The notes under the pieces: model-generated
What the model saw: the letters and a program-made list of their open reading frames with translations, nothing else
Database searches by the model: none
What the model was told of the DNA's origin: nothing
Shown: in pieces, positions 1 through 11,144 of the stretch
Numbering within the stretch: position 1 is the stretch's first letter
Layout: each line of letters starts with the position of its first letter
Made by a program: the position numbers and the translations under genes
Assembly (NCBI RefSeq): GCF_004010195.1
Contig: NC_057718.1
Span: 103,277,276-103,305,226 of the forward strand
Source: Chiloscyllium plagiosum
Lineage: Eukaryota
Direction of reading: 5' to 3'
Length of the DNA: 27,951 bases

Positions 1-281
1 CTTCTTGCCAATTCACAGCAACACATGTCCAAACCAACAAACTTTACTTTAACACCTTCCATGACAACTTCATGTATTTATGAATTCACTACTTCAAAAA
101 AGAAATACTCTCATTGATAAAAAAAATCTATTCACTGCAGTGAACTTCCTGTAATACCTTGCAAAAATAAAATTGGATTCATTTTTCCACTTCAAAGAGA
201 CTAAAATCATGTCAATCAAGCTATGAATTGAAAGGCACCCCACTGTAACAATGGAAAGTTATGAAATTATCAAAGAGTCAA

Positions 282-2446
282 AGTTCTAAATTGGAGAAAG
301 GCTAATTTTGACAGTGTTAGGCAAGAACTTTCGAAAGCTGATTGGGGGCAGATGTTCGCAGGTAAAGGGACGGCTGGAAAATGGGAAGCCTTCAGAAATG
401 AGATAACGAGAGTCCAGAGACAGTATATTCCTGTCAGGGTGAAAGGAAAGGCTGGTAGATATAGGGAATGCTGGATGACTAAGGAAATTGAGGGTTTGAT
501 TAAGAAAAAGAAGAAAGCCTATGTAAGGTATAGACAGGATAGATCGAGTGAATCCATGGAAGAGTATAAAGGCAGTAGGCGCACACTTAAGAGAGAAATC
601 AGGAGGGCAAAACGGGGACATGAGATAGCTTTGGCAAATGGCATTAAGGAGAATCCAAAGTTTTTACAAATACATTAAGGACAAAAGGGTAACTAGGGAG
701 AGAATAGGGCCCCTCAAAGATCAGCAGGTTTGCCTATGTGTGGAACCGCAATAGATAGGGGGGATACTAAATGAGTATTTTGCATCAGTATTTACTATGG
801 AAAAGGACATGAAAGATATAGAATGTAGGAAATAGATGGTGACGCCTTGAAAAATGTCCATATTACAGAGGAGGAAGTGCTGGATGTCTTGAAATACATA
901 AAAGTGGATAAATCCCCAGGACCTGATCAGGTGTACCCTAGAATTCTGTGGAAAGCTAGAGAAGAGATTGCTGGGCCTCTGGCTGAGATATTTGTATCAT
1001 CAATATTCACAGGAGAGGTGCCAGAAGACTGGAGGTTGGCTAACGTGGTGCCACTGTTTAAGAAGGGCAGTAAAGACAAGCCAGGGAACTGTAGACCGGT
1101 GAGCCTGATCTCAGTGGTGGGCAAGTTGTTGGAGGGAATCCTGAGGGACAGGATATGCATGTATTTGGTAAGGCAAGGACTGATTAGGGATAGTCAACAT
1201 GGCTTTGTGCGTGGGAAATCATGCCTCATGAACTTGATTGAGTTTTTTGAAGAAGAGGATTGATGAGAACAGAGTGGTAGAATTGATCTATATGGACTTC
1301 AGTGAGGCGATTGATAAGGTTCTCCATGGGAGACTGGTTAGCAAGGTTAGATCTCACGGAATACAGGGAGAACTAGCCATTTGGATACAGAACTGGCTCA
1401 AAGGTAGAAGACAGAGGGTGGTGATGGAGGGTTGTTTTTCATACTGAAGGTCTATGACCATTGGAGTGCCACAGGGATCGGTGCTGGGTCCACTACTTTT
1501 TGTCATTTACATAAATGAGTTGGATGCGAGCATAAGAGGTACAGTTAGGAAGTTTGTGGATGACACCAAAATTGGAGGTGTAGTGGACAGCGAAGAGGGT
1601 TACCTCAGATTACAATGGGATCTTGATCATATAGGTCAATGGGCTGAGAAGTGGCAGATGGAGTTTAATTCAGATAAATGCGAGGTGTTGCATTTTGGGC
1701 AAGTAAATCTTAGCAGGACTGATACACTTAATGGTAAGGTCCTAGGGTTGCTAAACAAAGAGACCTTGGAGTGCAGGTTCATAGCTCCTTGAAAATAGAG
1801 TCCTAGGTAGATTGAATAGTGGAGAAGGCATTTGGTATGCTTTCCTTTATTGGTCAGAGTATCGAGTACAGGAGTTGGGAGGTCATGTTGCAGCTGTACA
1901 GGACATTGACTAGACCACTTTTGGAATATTGTGTACAATTCTGATCGGAAGGATGTTGTGAAACTTGAAAGGGCTCAGAAAAGATTTTCAAAGATGCTGC
2001 TAGGGTTAGAGGATTTGAGCTATAGGGAGAGGTTGAATAGGCTGGGGCAGTTTTCCCTGGAGCATTGGAGGCTGAGGGATGATCTTCTAGAGGTTTATAA
2101 AATCATGAGGGACATGGATAGGGTAAATAGACAAGGTATTTTCCCTGGGGTAGGGGAGTCCAGAACAAGAGGGCAAAGATCTAGGGTAAGGGGGAAGATA
2201 TAAAAGAGACCTAAGGGGCAACATTTTCACGTAGAGGGTAGTACGTGTATGGAATGAGCTGCCAGAGGTAGTGGTGGAGGCTAATACAATTGCAACATTT
2301 AAAAGGCATCTGAATAGTTTTATGAATAGGAAGGGTTTGGAGGGATATGGGCCGGGTGCTGGCAAATGGGACTAGATGGGTTGGGATATCTGGTCGGCAT
2401 GGACCGAAGGGTTTGTTTCCATGTTGTATATCTCTCTGACTCTCTG
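282..2446 (+). mobile_element. 5'-truncated CR1-clade LINE (HER1-like) with frameshifted ORF2 RT region and 3' UTR
   Basis: Successive ORF fragments give CR1 ORF2 motifs: KSPGPDQVYPRILW, VPEDWRLANVVPLFKKG, NCRPVSL, SQHGFVRGKSCLMNL, GVPQGSVLGPLLFVIYIN, KFVDDTK (FADD motif mutated), WAEKWQMEFNSDKCEVLHFG. There are many frameshifts and stops. The 3' UTR ends in a ctctctga-type short-repeat tail. Possible TSD agttcta at 282-288 and 2447-2453. Confidence 0.95.
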
Positions 2447-3009
2447 AGTTCTACTCATGTAATGATAACCTCCAAGCTGACGTTAACAGACATAAGGAAG
2501 TAGCAATCATAGATTTTCTTTAAAACAAAGCAGATAGATTTTTTAAAAAATATTTAAAGAGCAGTAGTTTTAAATACTTCGACAACTTGACAGCCCTTAC
2601 TAATATTGCCATTGTTATGACTTTTACGAGGAACTTGACATCCTGAGATGGTCTCCCCGGACCATATCCAAAAGTGCACCCAAAGGGTGGCCCACCTCTC
2701 TAAATGGCATAGGTGGATTTCGACTTTCCACCACAAAGTCTAACATGTGTAAGTGCTGTTTTGTACATCCATTCATGAAACCTGGATCAGCTTATGACAG
2801 CTGCATTTATGTAGCTGCTTCCTGTGAACACCAATGTGCAGATTGGAACCCATCTCATTCCTTCCCCCACTCCACAGAATTGACAGATGATACGGTCAAG
2901 GGCAGAATTCAGAATTTCAGAGCCATTTTCATTATTAGGGGTTTCTTCATCTTTACAAAAGAGTCAGAGACACTGCTGTTCATCACATGGTGATTGGAAA
3001 ATAAAAGTA

Positions 3010-3495
3010 GTCGCATTCTGCTGCTGTTGTAAAGGACCTGGATGAGACCCATCCAGGTCCCATACACCTTCCAGGTCACTCTATTCAAGGACAGAAATGC
3101 ATCAAAGTCAATACAGGGGAGACTCACTCGATTCCTTCCTGGGATGAAGAGGTTATTTTATGAGGAATGTTTGGATAGGTTGGGTGCGTATCCATTGGAC
3201 TAGGTGAGAAGGGGAGGTGATCTTATTAAAGGAGATAAGATTCCTGACAGGGCTTAACAGGATTGCTGCTGAGCTCCCCTATTTGGGAGAGACGAACATT
3301 AGGAAGATGCTGTTGAAAGTCTGTGGAATTTTTTTCTTCAGAGAGTAGTGGAGGTGGGGTCATCATGTAGTTTCAAGGCAGGGTAAGACAAGGCAGTCAA
3401 AGGGTATTAGAGTGTAGTCATATAAAGACCAATGGTGGAGGAAACCCAATGGGCCAAATGACCTACTCCTGCTTCTAACCTGTGTGTACTTGTAA
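3010..3495 (+). mobile_element. Old, diverged CR1 LINE 3' fragment
   Basis: Degenerate match to the CR1 ORF2 C-terminus (ggtgatcttatt..ataagatt, gagagtagtggaggt) and a tail 'gggccaaatgacctactcctgcttctaa', similar to the other CR1 tails in the window. Confidence 0.75.
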
Positions 3496-3680
3496 CATAT
3501 TGTTAACGTGAAGAGATATGAATTTTAATTACTGAGTTCTACTAAATGTATCGCTGGTTATTTAAAGAGTCATTAACAGAGATTTAATACTTTTCCAGTA
3601 AGAAATCATCACATAAAATGGCTATTAATGCTTTGACAATTTTGGGATATTGCTTTAAACCAAATTCACAAAGTGAAACG

Positions 3681-3883
3681 AAAACAGAAATTGCTGGAGA
3701 AACCCAGCAGGTCTGGCAGCATCTATGGAGTGGCAACAGAGTTAATGTATCCAGCTCAGAACTGATGAAGAGTCATTGTTAACTCTGTTTCTCTCTCCAC
3801 AGATGTTGTTGGACTGGCTGAGTTTCTCCAGCAATTACTGTTTTTTGTTCAGAACTCTGGCATCTGCAGTTCCTTGTTTTATT
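3681..3883. repeat. Palindromic short repeat, probably Penelope pLTR-derived
   Basis: Inverted arms aaaacagaaattgctggagaaacccagc.. / ..gctgagtttctccagcaattactgtttt. The centre holds 'ctgatgaag', half of a hammerhead core with the GAAA half deleted. Same family as 12771-12993. Confidence 0.75.
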
Positions 3884-4989
3884 CATAACAGTACAATGTG
3901 ACATTATATATGTTCACAAATATCAACTCTTCAAAACTCAACATAATAAAAAGCAGGAGTTATTTTAATGGTAGGTTAATGTCTCAAATGGAATTCTTTG
4001 ACTGCACATTAATGATGGTGTCTCTTCTAAAAATTTTATAAGTTATTTTTCTTTCTCAATGTCTTTGTCTTTGGTTGGATCTTATAATGCAGCAGAATGT
4101 GGCTTATCTGCTTAAGATCTGAGTAAAAGTCACCATCTGCCTGATGAAAGGTCCTGTCTTATTTCTGAGTCTGGAAGCAGACTGGAAGGTACTGGCTGAA
4201 TGGTCCTCATGCAATGGCCTTTTTTCTTGTCTTTGTCAAGCAATTTCATTAAAATTGGCACATTCCTTGCATCTGTGTGGTTCTCAGGTAGCCCCCGTGC
4301 ATCTTGTCAAGGTGATTAATAATTGGTAGGAATTAAAGAACTTATGAGAACTTGTCATTTGACCAGAATGCATAGGAGATGACTGAGCAAAACAGCTTCA
4401 CCTGAGGGTGGCCTGTGTCAGAGGTCACTTGTAATAGGGCCCCTTGCATTCTCCAGACCTATAAATGAGATTAGTGCATGTTACATTCCACTACACATTC
4501 TGCCTGATGCCCACACCAAACAAATTACTTAGCTCATACCCATGGTCACTGATCGAGAGACATTTGTCTTATAACTTCTCCCCCACTTTACCCACTGTCC
4601 ACATCAAACACAAAGATTTTAGTACAATCCTCTTCAGCCCAGTTAAGGAGTTTCTGGGATAGAATCCGGTTCGTTTGGGATTTACAAACATGCAGATGGT
4701 ACTTACTCTTCCTGTATATAGTGTCCACGTTGTCTGAGGATGTCTAATCATGGAGTATGACATGGAGGGATCGGCCCCAAGAACTAGCGTAAGGTATAAC
4801 TCAGACTGTGAATGTCACACACCACACTCTCACCATGTAGGCAGCTGTGCTAAACAACCTTGTGTACACAACCACAGAAATAACATGGCTGAGGGCTTGT
4901 TTTTATCCATGAGGGGATTGTGTTTAATGAGCCTGTGAGAGGCATGGCAAGGGGTCTAGACCATTTCACTAGTGGTGATAGTACTATTC

Positions 4990-5706
4990 TTTGCACATCT
5001 CTCTGTAGCTGCATGGTCCTTGCTGCAGTGCACTGCCTCAGCCTGTGGCCTTTTCTGCTACATGACTTACAAAGTGGATTCAAAGGTGGGCGATTCCTTG
5101 AGGTGCAGAACACCACACCTTCTACATGTCTTCCTATGTTTGGGTGTTCTAGCGATTTTTGTCAACTGTCAATTTTCATACTTACACCTGGGAGCGTTGT
5201 AACCCTGCAAAGGTCACCTAGGACTTACCTCCATCCTTCTGCAGCTCTTCAGCACTATTGGTTCTTGGGGGGTCTGGCAAATCATTCTGAAAAACTTCCA
5301 CAGTGGTGGATAAGATCCCACCATTGAACAAATTTGCTTGCTAGTTCCCTGTCTGAAAAATCATTTTTATCACCACCTCAAGATGTTGTGAAAGGATTGT
5401 GCATGCTTCTGTTGAAATAACATCATTCCAGTTGATGAAGGAGGACATTTAATCTGACTCTGAATTGATCATCCAATGTGGTCCATATCTTTTAAAGATT
5501 TTTTAAATATTTAGCTGTTAATTCTGATGTGTTATGTCTGTGCAGATTTTCGTTCCCAATTGTGAAGTAAGTAGCATTTCTTTTCTATATTGGACACACC
5601 AAATCCAGAAATCATGGCTCTGAGCACTTATTAAATATTTTAAATTCTGTTAAGAGGTCTGCTGTGTCCCAGTTTGAAATAGAGATCTTTGTGGATGGTC
5701 TGACAT
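4990..5706 (-). pseudogene. Degenerate Ty3/Gypsy LTR-retrotransposon gag
   Basis: The minus strand encodes a CX2CX4HX4C zinc knuckle CKSCSRKGHRLRQC (5071-5030), preceded in another frame by CRRCGVLH (5126-5103). Upstream fragments NWDTADLLTEFKIF, KIWTTLDDQFRVRLNVLLHQLE and NDFSDRELA resemble Gypsy gag. Multiple stops and frameshifts. Confidence 0.7.
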
Positions 5707-6354
5707 TATGTCTTTTTGTCTGTTAAAGTGGCACACACCCTGATCACTTGCCTTTCTCACATGAGTTAAACTGTCCTGTCAAATTCCATTTGTCTGCTTA
5801 CCAGGAAACTGTGCTACCAATACTGTCCTACGCTTTAATGATCAAAGACATCCAGGGTTGTCTCTTGCACTTCAGTGCAATTTAAGACTGTTGGCTATAT
5901 GTTAACTTGCTGCATAAATTAACTTGTTTGTGACTGCTCAAGCACATAAGCCTCATCAACGCAATCTTTCCCACCACTGTTTACCATGTCATATTAATGA
6001 TAATAGTCTAATAACCAATCACTCTTCAGGGTTTGATTACATATTAAAATCAGTCTAACACTCTATAAGCTATGAAGCAGACATTACAGCAAGCCAACTG
6101 TTTACAGCAAGATTTCTGTTTGTGAAGTTTGCAGACTAACAGTCAGGGACAGTCACAACATTGTATACACACAGCACACGACATTACCTGATTTTAACAC
6201 CTGGGAACTTTCATGGTCTAAAATGATTTTAAGACTGACTTAAAATGGACATAGTAATCACCTAATACTGCACTAAGGCATTTCATTGAACCAACCATAA
6301 GCAGGAACATAACTGAACAAATTAACATTTCATCAAAATGACTGAAACAAATTA

Positions 6355-6577
6355 CAAAGCAATCCCTGTCTTCACAGAATTGTTTTCCACAGTTTCAGTT
6401 ACCCCTGGTATTACTGCAACCTGAACATATTAAAGGGAACATTCCGGGAGCTGGGACCAGGGCACTGTCGAGAAGGTAAATTTCCCATTGAAATGAATGG
6501 GTTCACTCCTATCCATGGTTTCCGGCTTCCGCGGTAGGGCATGGAATGTATCCCGAACAGGTACGAGGGGACTACTG
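6355..6577. mobile_element. Tc1/mariner (pogo/Tigger, MER44-like) non-autonomous MITE
   Basis: Flanked by TA at 6353-6354 and 6578-6579. The right end '..ggaatgtatcccgaacaggtacgaggggactactg' and the left subterminal 'ttttccacagtttcagttaccc' resemble MER44/Tigger7 ends as recalled. Internal palindrome cccatt-gaaatg-aatggg at 6484-6501. The left TIR is degenerate. Confidence 0.7.
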
Positions 6578-6772
6578 TATTCAAAACTGTGTACCTTCTT
6601 TGATTTATGCCTTTTGGGAAATTTCACAAATTGGATTGAAAAAATTGCTTGCAAATTTTCCAGCTTGAGTAACAGCTGAAGCCAGATATGGCAATGCACA
6701 AATGAACTGTACTTCAGACAGCTATTTTTGAACAGTACAGAAAGATTAATAGACAATCCATCTCAGCCACTT

Positions 6773-6840
6773 CCAGTGGTGTCCAGCATCACAGATACCA
6801 GTCTTCAGTCAATTTGATTCACTCCATTTGATAATAAGGA
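6773..6840 (+). mobile_element. Old LINE ORF2 fragment, left part (split by CR1 insertion)
   Basis: Translates to PVVSSITDTSLQSI*FTPFDNK and continues at 9376 as WLEMLDSAKGMGP*NIQAIVLKTCAPEL. Confidence 0.65.
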
Positions 6841-7232
6841 CAGAGGACATAGAACATTCCAGCGCAGTACAGGCCCTTTGGCCCTCGATGTTGCACTGAC
6901 CTGTGGAACCAATCTGAAGCCCATCTATCCTACACTATTCCATTTTCATCCATATGTTTATCCAATAACCATTTAAATGCACTTAAAGTTGGCGAGTCTA
7001 TTACTGTTACAGGCAGGTTGCTCCACACCCCTACTACCCTCTGAGTAAAGAAACCACCTCTGACACCTGTCCTATATCTATCACCCCTCAATTTAAAGCT
7101 ATGTCCCCTCATGCTAGTCATCACCATCCGAGGAAAAAGTCTCTCACTGTCCAACCTATCTAACCCTTTCATTATGTTATCTGTCTCAATTAAGTCACCT
7201 CTCAACCTTCTTCACTCTAATGAAAACAGCCT

Positions 7233-7387
7233 GACAACCGGAAGCAGCAGATTCAAACCACTACAAATGGCAGAGGAAAGATCACAGAAGCGCTTCACAG
7301 GAGGCTCCCAAGCACTGAGGATGTCATCTAGACAGGGGACGAAACGTCTGCAACACAAATTCCCAGCTCGGCGAACAGAACCACAAC
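7233..7387 (+). mobile_element. Penelope-like pLTR fragment inserted in the CR1
   Basis: Non-CR1 block interrupting the CR1 3' ORF. It contains a hammerhead core followed by cagctcggcgaacagaaccacaac, which parallels the minus-strand cagctcagcgagcaaacctacac of the Penelope at the window end. Confidence 0.8.
7312..7351 (+). ncRNA. Minimal type I hammerhead ribozyme motif
   Basis: GCA-CUGAGGA-U-[GUCAUCU AGAC AGGGGAC]-GAAA-CG-UC-UGC. Core CUGAnGA at 7315-7321 and GAAA at 7341-7344, a pairable stem II, a GUC cleavage triplet at 7346-7348, and stem I GCA/UGC. Confidence 0.8.
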
Positions 7388-9370
7388 ACCTTCCCTCCAT
7401 ACCCGGCAACATCCTAGTAAATTGCCTCTGAACCCTTTCCAAAGCTTCCACATCCTTCTTATAATGTTGTGACCAGAACTGTATGCAATACACCAATTGC
7501 GGCTGCACCAGAGTTTTGTACAGCTGCAGATGACCTTGTGGCTCCGAAATTCAATACACTGTATGCCTTCTTATCAACCTGGGTGGCAACTTTCAGGAGT
7601 CTATGCACATGGACACTGATATCTTTTTGTTCATCCACTCTGCCAAGAATCTTACTATTAGCCCAGTACTCTATATTCCTGTCACTCCTTCCAAAGTGAA
7701 TCACCTCACACTTTTCCACATTAAACTCCATTTGCCACCTCTCAGCACAGCTCTGCAGCTTATCCATATCCCTCTCAAGCCTGCCAACATCCTTTGGCAC
7801 TGTCCACAACTCCACCGACCTTAATGGCCCATCTGGCCCAGGGAATTTATTTATTTTCACATTTTCCAGAATTGCTAACATCTCTTCCTTGTGAACCTCA
7901 ATCCTGTCTAGTCTAGTAGCCTTTACCTCAGTATTCTCCTCGATAACATTGTCTCTTTCCAGTGTGAATACCAATGAAAAATATTCATTTAGCACTTCTC
8001 CTATCTCCTTGGACTCCACGCACAACTTCCCACTAATATCCTTGATTGGCCATAATCTTAGTCCAGTCATTCTTTTATTCCTGATATACCTATAGAAAGC
8101 TTTAGGGTTTTCCTTGCTCCTACCTGCCAACGACTTCTCACGTCCCCTCCTGGCTCTTCTTAGCTCTCTCTTTAGGTCTTACCTGGCTAGCGCCTCAAGC
8201 CCCCTAACTGAGCCTTCACGTCTTATCCTAACATAAGCCTTCTTCTTCCTTTTGACAAGAGATTCAACTTCCTTAGTAAACCACGGCTCCCTGAGTTGAC
8301 CACCTCCTCTCTGCCTGACTGCTACATAGTTATCAAGGACACATAGTAGCTGTTCCTTGAATAAGCTCCACATTTCAATTGTGCCCATCCCCTGCAGTTT
8401 CCTTCCCCATCTTATGCATCCTAAATTTTGCCTAATCACACAATAATTGCCTTTCGCCCAGCTGTAACTCTTGCTCTCCAGTGTATACCTATCCCTTTCC
8501 ATCACTTAAGTAAACATAACCGAATTGTGGTCACTATCACCAAAGTGCTCACCTACCTCCAAATCTAACACCCGGCCTGGTTCATTACCCAGTACCAAAT
8601 CCAGTGTGGCTTCGCCCCTGGTTGGCCTGTCTACATACTGTGTCAGGAAACCCTCCTGCACATACGGGACAAAAACTGACCCATCTAAAGTACTCATACT
8701 ATAGTACTGCCAGTCAACATTTGGAAAGTTAAAGTCCCCCATAATAACTACACTGTTACACTTCCTCCGATCCAGAATCATCTTTGCAATCTTTTCCTCT
8801 GCATCTCTGGAACTATTCGGAGGACTATAGAAAACTCCCAACAGTGTGACCTCTCCTTTCCTGTTTCTAACCTCAGTCCAAACTACCTCAGTAGACGAGT
8901 CCTCAAATGTCCTTTCTGCCACCGTAATACTGTCTTTGACTAACAATGCTACACCTCCCCCTCTTTTACCATTTTCTCTGTTCTTACTGAAACATCTAAA
9001 TGCTGGAACCTGCAACAACCATTCCTGTCCCTGCTCTACCCATGTCTCCGAAATGGCCACAACATCGAAATCCCAGGTACCAACCCATGCTGCAAGTTAT
9101 TCCGGATGCTCCTGGTGTTGAAATAGACACCTTTCAAACCACCTTCCTGCCTGCTGGTGAACTCTTGAGACCTTGAAACCTCATATCTGACTTCACTACT
9201 CTCAACCTCCTGGACACTAGAATTCCCATTCCCCCTGCTGAATTATTTTAAACCGTCCCAAAGAGCATTAGTAAATTTACCCCCAAGAATATTGGTACCC
9301 CTCTGGTTCAGGTGTAGACCATTCTGTTTGTAGAGGTCCCACTTACCCCAGAATGAGCCCCAGATATCCA

Positions 9371-9459
9371 GGAACTGGTTGGAGATGCTGGATAGTGCAA
9401 AGGGTATGGGCCCTTAAAACATTCAAGCAATAGTACTAAAGACCTGTGCTCCAGAACTT
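9371..9459 (+). mobile_element. Old LINE ORF2 fragment, right part
   Basis: WLEMLDSAKGMGP*NIQAIVLKTCAPEL matches the conserved pre-RT 'KAxGPDxIP..LK.CA.EL' motif of CR1/L2-group LINEs. Confidence 0.75.
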
Positions 9460-9469
9460 CAGAGTGTAT

Positions 9470-11144
9470 TGGTACAGAGGGATCTACGTATGTGTATGTA
9501 TGCTTCACAGAAAATTAGTATGTATAACCACCACAGACCATGTGCTCCTGGGAGACTCACATTGCCTGTCGGGAGGCAATTGCAGGAGTGCGACTCAGTG
9601 ATAGTGAAGGAATGGTGATGTATTTCCAAGTCACATTAGTGAGTAGCTTGGAGAGGAACTTGCAAGGGGTGGTGTTCCCATTTTTCTGCTGCACTTGTAA
9701 TAAGATAATAAGGAAGGCAAATGGACATGTGGCTCTCATTGGTAAAGGAATAGACTATAAAAGTAGTGGAGTGTTGTTGCAACTTGATAAGGCATTAAAG
9801 AGATTGCTAACTTCAGGAGGGCCCAGAGCGACCACTCTCCGCTGGACATTGACGGCTCCCCTGTGGAGATCGTGAACAGCACCAAATTTCTTGGTGTATA
9901 CCTGGTGGATCTCACCTGGACCTTCAAAACTAGCTTCATAGCCAAGAAAGCCTAGCAGTGTTTCCACTCTCTGCATAGACTGAGGAAAGTCCACCTCCCA
10001 CTCACCCCCATCGTCACCACATTCTACAGAGGGTTCATTGAGAGTACTCTGAGCTGCTGCATCACCGTCTGGTTCAGGAATTGCACCGTCTCAGATCGTA
10101 AGACCCTACAATGGATAGTGAGGACAGCTGAGAGGATCTTTGGGGTCTCTCTTCCCTCCATTACAGACATTTATACCACATGCTGCATCCGAAAGACTAA
10201 GAGCATTGTGGAAGACCCCACACCTCCCTTCTCCCTCCTGCCATCTGACAGAAGATACCAGAGCATTCGGTCTCTCAAGGTCAGACTGTGCAACAGTTTC
10301 TTCTCCCAAGCCATTCAGGCTCCTTAACGCAGTATAATCGGGCTCTTTCCCACCTGAAATCCTTTCATATTGCTGCGAGAAAAATATCTATTATCCATCA
10401 TTCTTCTGTTACACTATAACTTGCGTGTTTTGCGCTTGTTATGCACTTTATGCCGAGTACGATAGTGTAGTTTGTGCTGTCCATGGAGCATCCTCAGCAC
10501 TGGAGGAACGCTGTTTCATTTTTACTATATCAGTTGTATATGGCAGAAATGACAAATAAAAGCTATTCCACATTTGTTTCTCTCCTCTACCTTGAGTATT
10601 GCATGTAATTTTGTGTCCCTTACTTGAGGAGGGATGAACTGGCGACAGTTCAGGAGAGAGTCACTAGATTGATCCTGGAGATGAGCTTTATTTTATGAAG
10701 AGAGATTGATCAGTTTAGGCTAACACTCTGTGGCGTTTGGAAAAATGAGAGGGAATCTAACTGAGGGATATAAGATGCTAAAGGCGATTGACAAGGTAGA
10801 CATAAAGAGAACGTTTCCTCGTGTGGGACCATCGAGATTGAGAGGTCACCGTTTCAGCATCAGGGAGAGCAGATTTAAAACTAAAATGAGGAGAGATTCC
10901 TTCTCTCAAAGGGTCATGATTCTGTGGGATTCACTCCCCCAGAGAGCAGTGGAAACTGGGATATTGAGTACATTTAAGAAGGGGATAGACAGATTTTTAA
11001 TCAGTAATGGTTTGAAGAGTTATAGAGAGTGGACACAAACGTAGAATTGAATCTGAGATGAGATCAGTCAAGAATGTATTAAGGAACAGAGCAGGCTCAA
11101 GAGACGAATGACTTCCTCCTGCTCCTAATTCTTATGTTCTTATG
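9470..11144 (+). mobile_element. Old CR1 3' region, interrupted by another LINE-tail fragment (~9595-9698) and by a Rex1 element
   Basis: KIIRKANGHVALIGKGIDYKSSGVLLQLDKAL (9700-9796) resumes at ~10590 (LEYC). Then MRGNLTEGYKML..RGHRF..FSQRVMILWDSLP, and a tail 'cctcctgctcctaattcttatgttcttatg'. Confidence 0.8.
9797..10570 (+). mobile_element. Rex1/Babar LINE 3' fragment
   Basis: Translates to DHSPLDIDGSPVEIVNSTKFLGVYL, LTWTFKTSFIAKKA*Q, TTFYRGFIESTLSCCITVWFRNCTVSDRKTLQWIVRTAERI and FSLLPSDRRYQSIR..RLCNSFFSQAI, typical of the Rex1 C-terminus. The 3' UTR ends with gacaaataaa. Confidence 0.88.

Larger units (their letters stand above)
6841..9370 (-). mobile_element. CR1 LINE with ORF1 C-terminus, APE endonuclease, internally deleted RT and 3' UTR
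   Basis: ORF1 esterase-like end WDLYKQNGLHLNQRGTNILGG (~9260-9345). APE motifs AISETW, GGGVALLVK, GVFYSPP, IMGDFN, LDLVL and SDH (8506-9060). KENPKAFYRY. The RT core is missing between PGPDG and KVGGVVDS (~7826). 3' UTR with a reverse-complemented gttctatg tail at ~6845-6930. Confidence 0.95.

Noticed and set aside
352..2203. Functional reverse transcriptase gene
   Set aside because: Fragmented by frameshifts and stops, 5'-truncated and lacking the endonuclease; it is a dead CR1 copy.
2554..2993. Possible exon or retroelement pol fragment
   Set aside because: The frames examined have stops or no recognisable motif, so no call can be supported.
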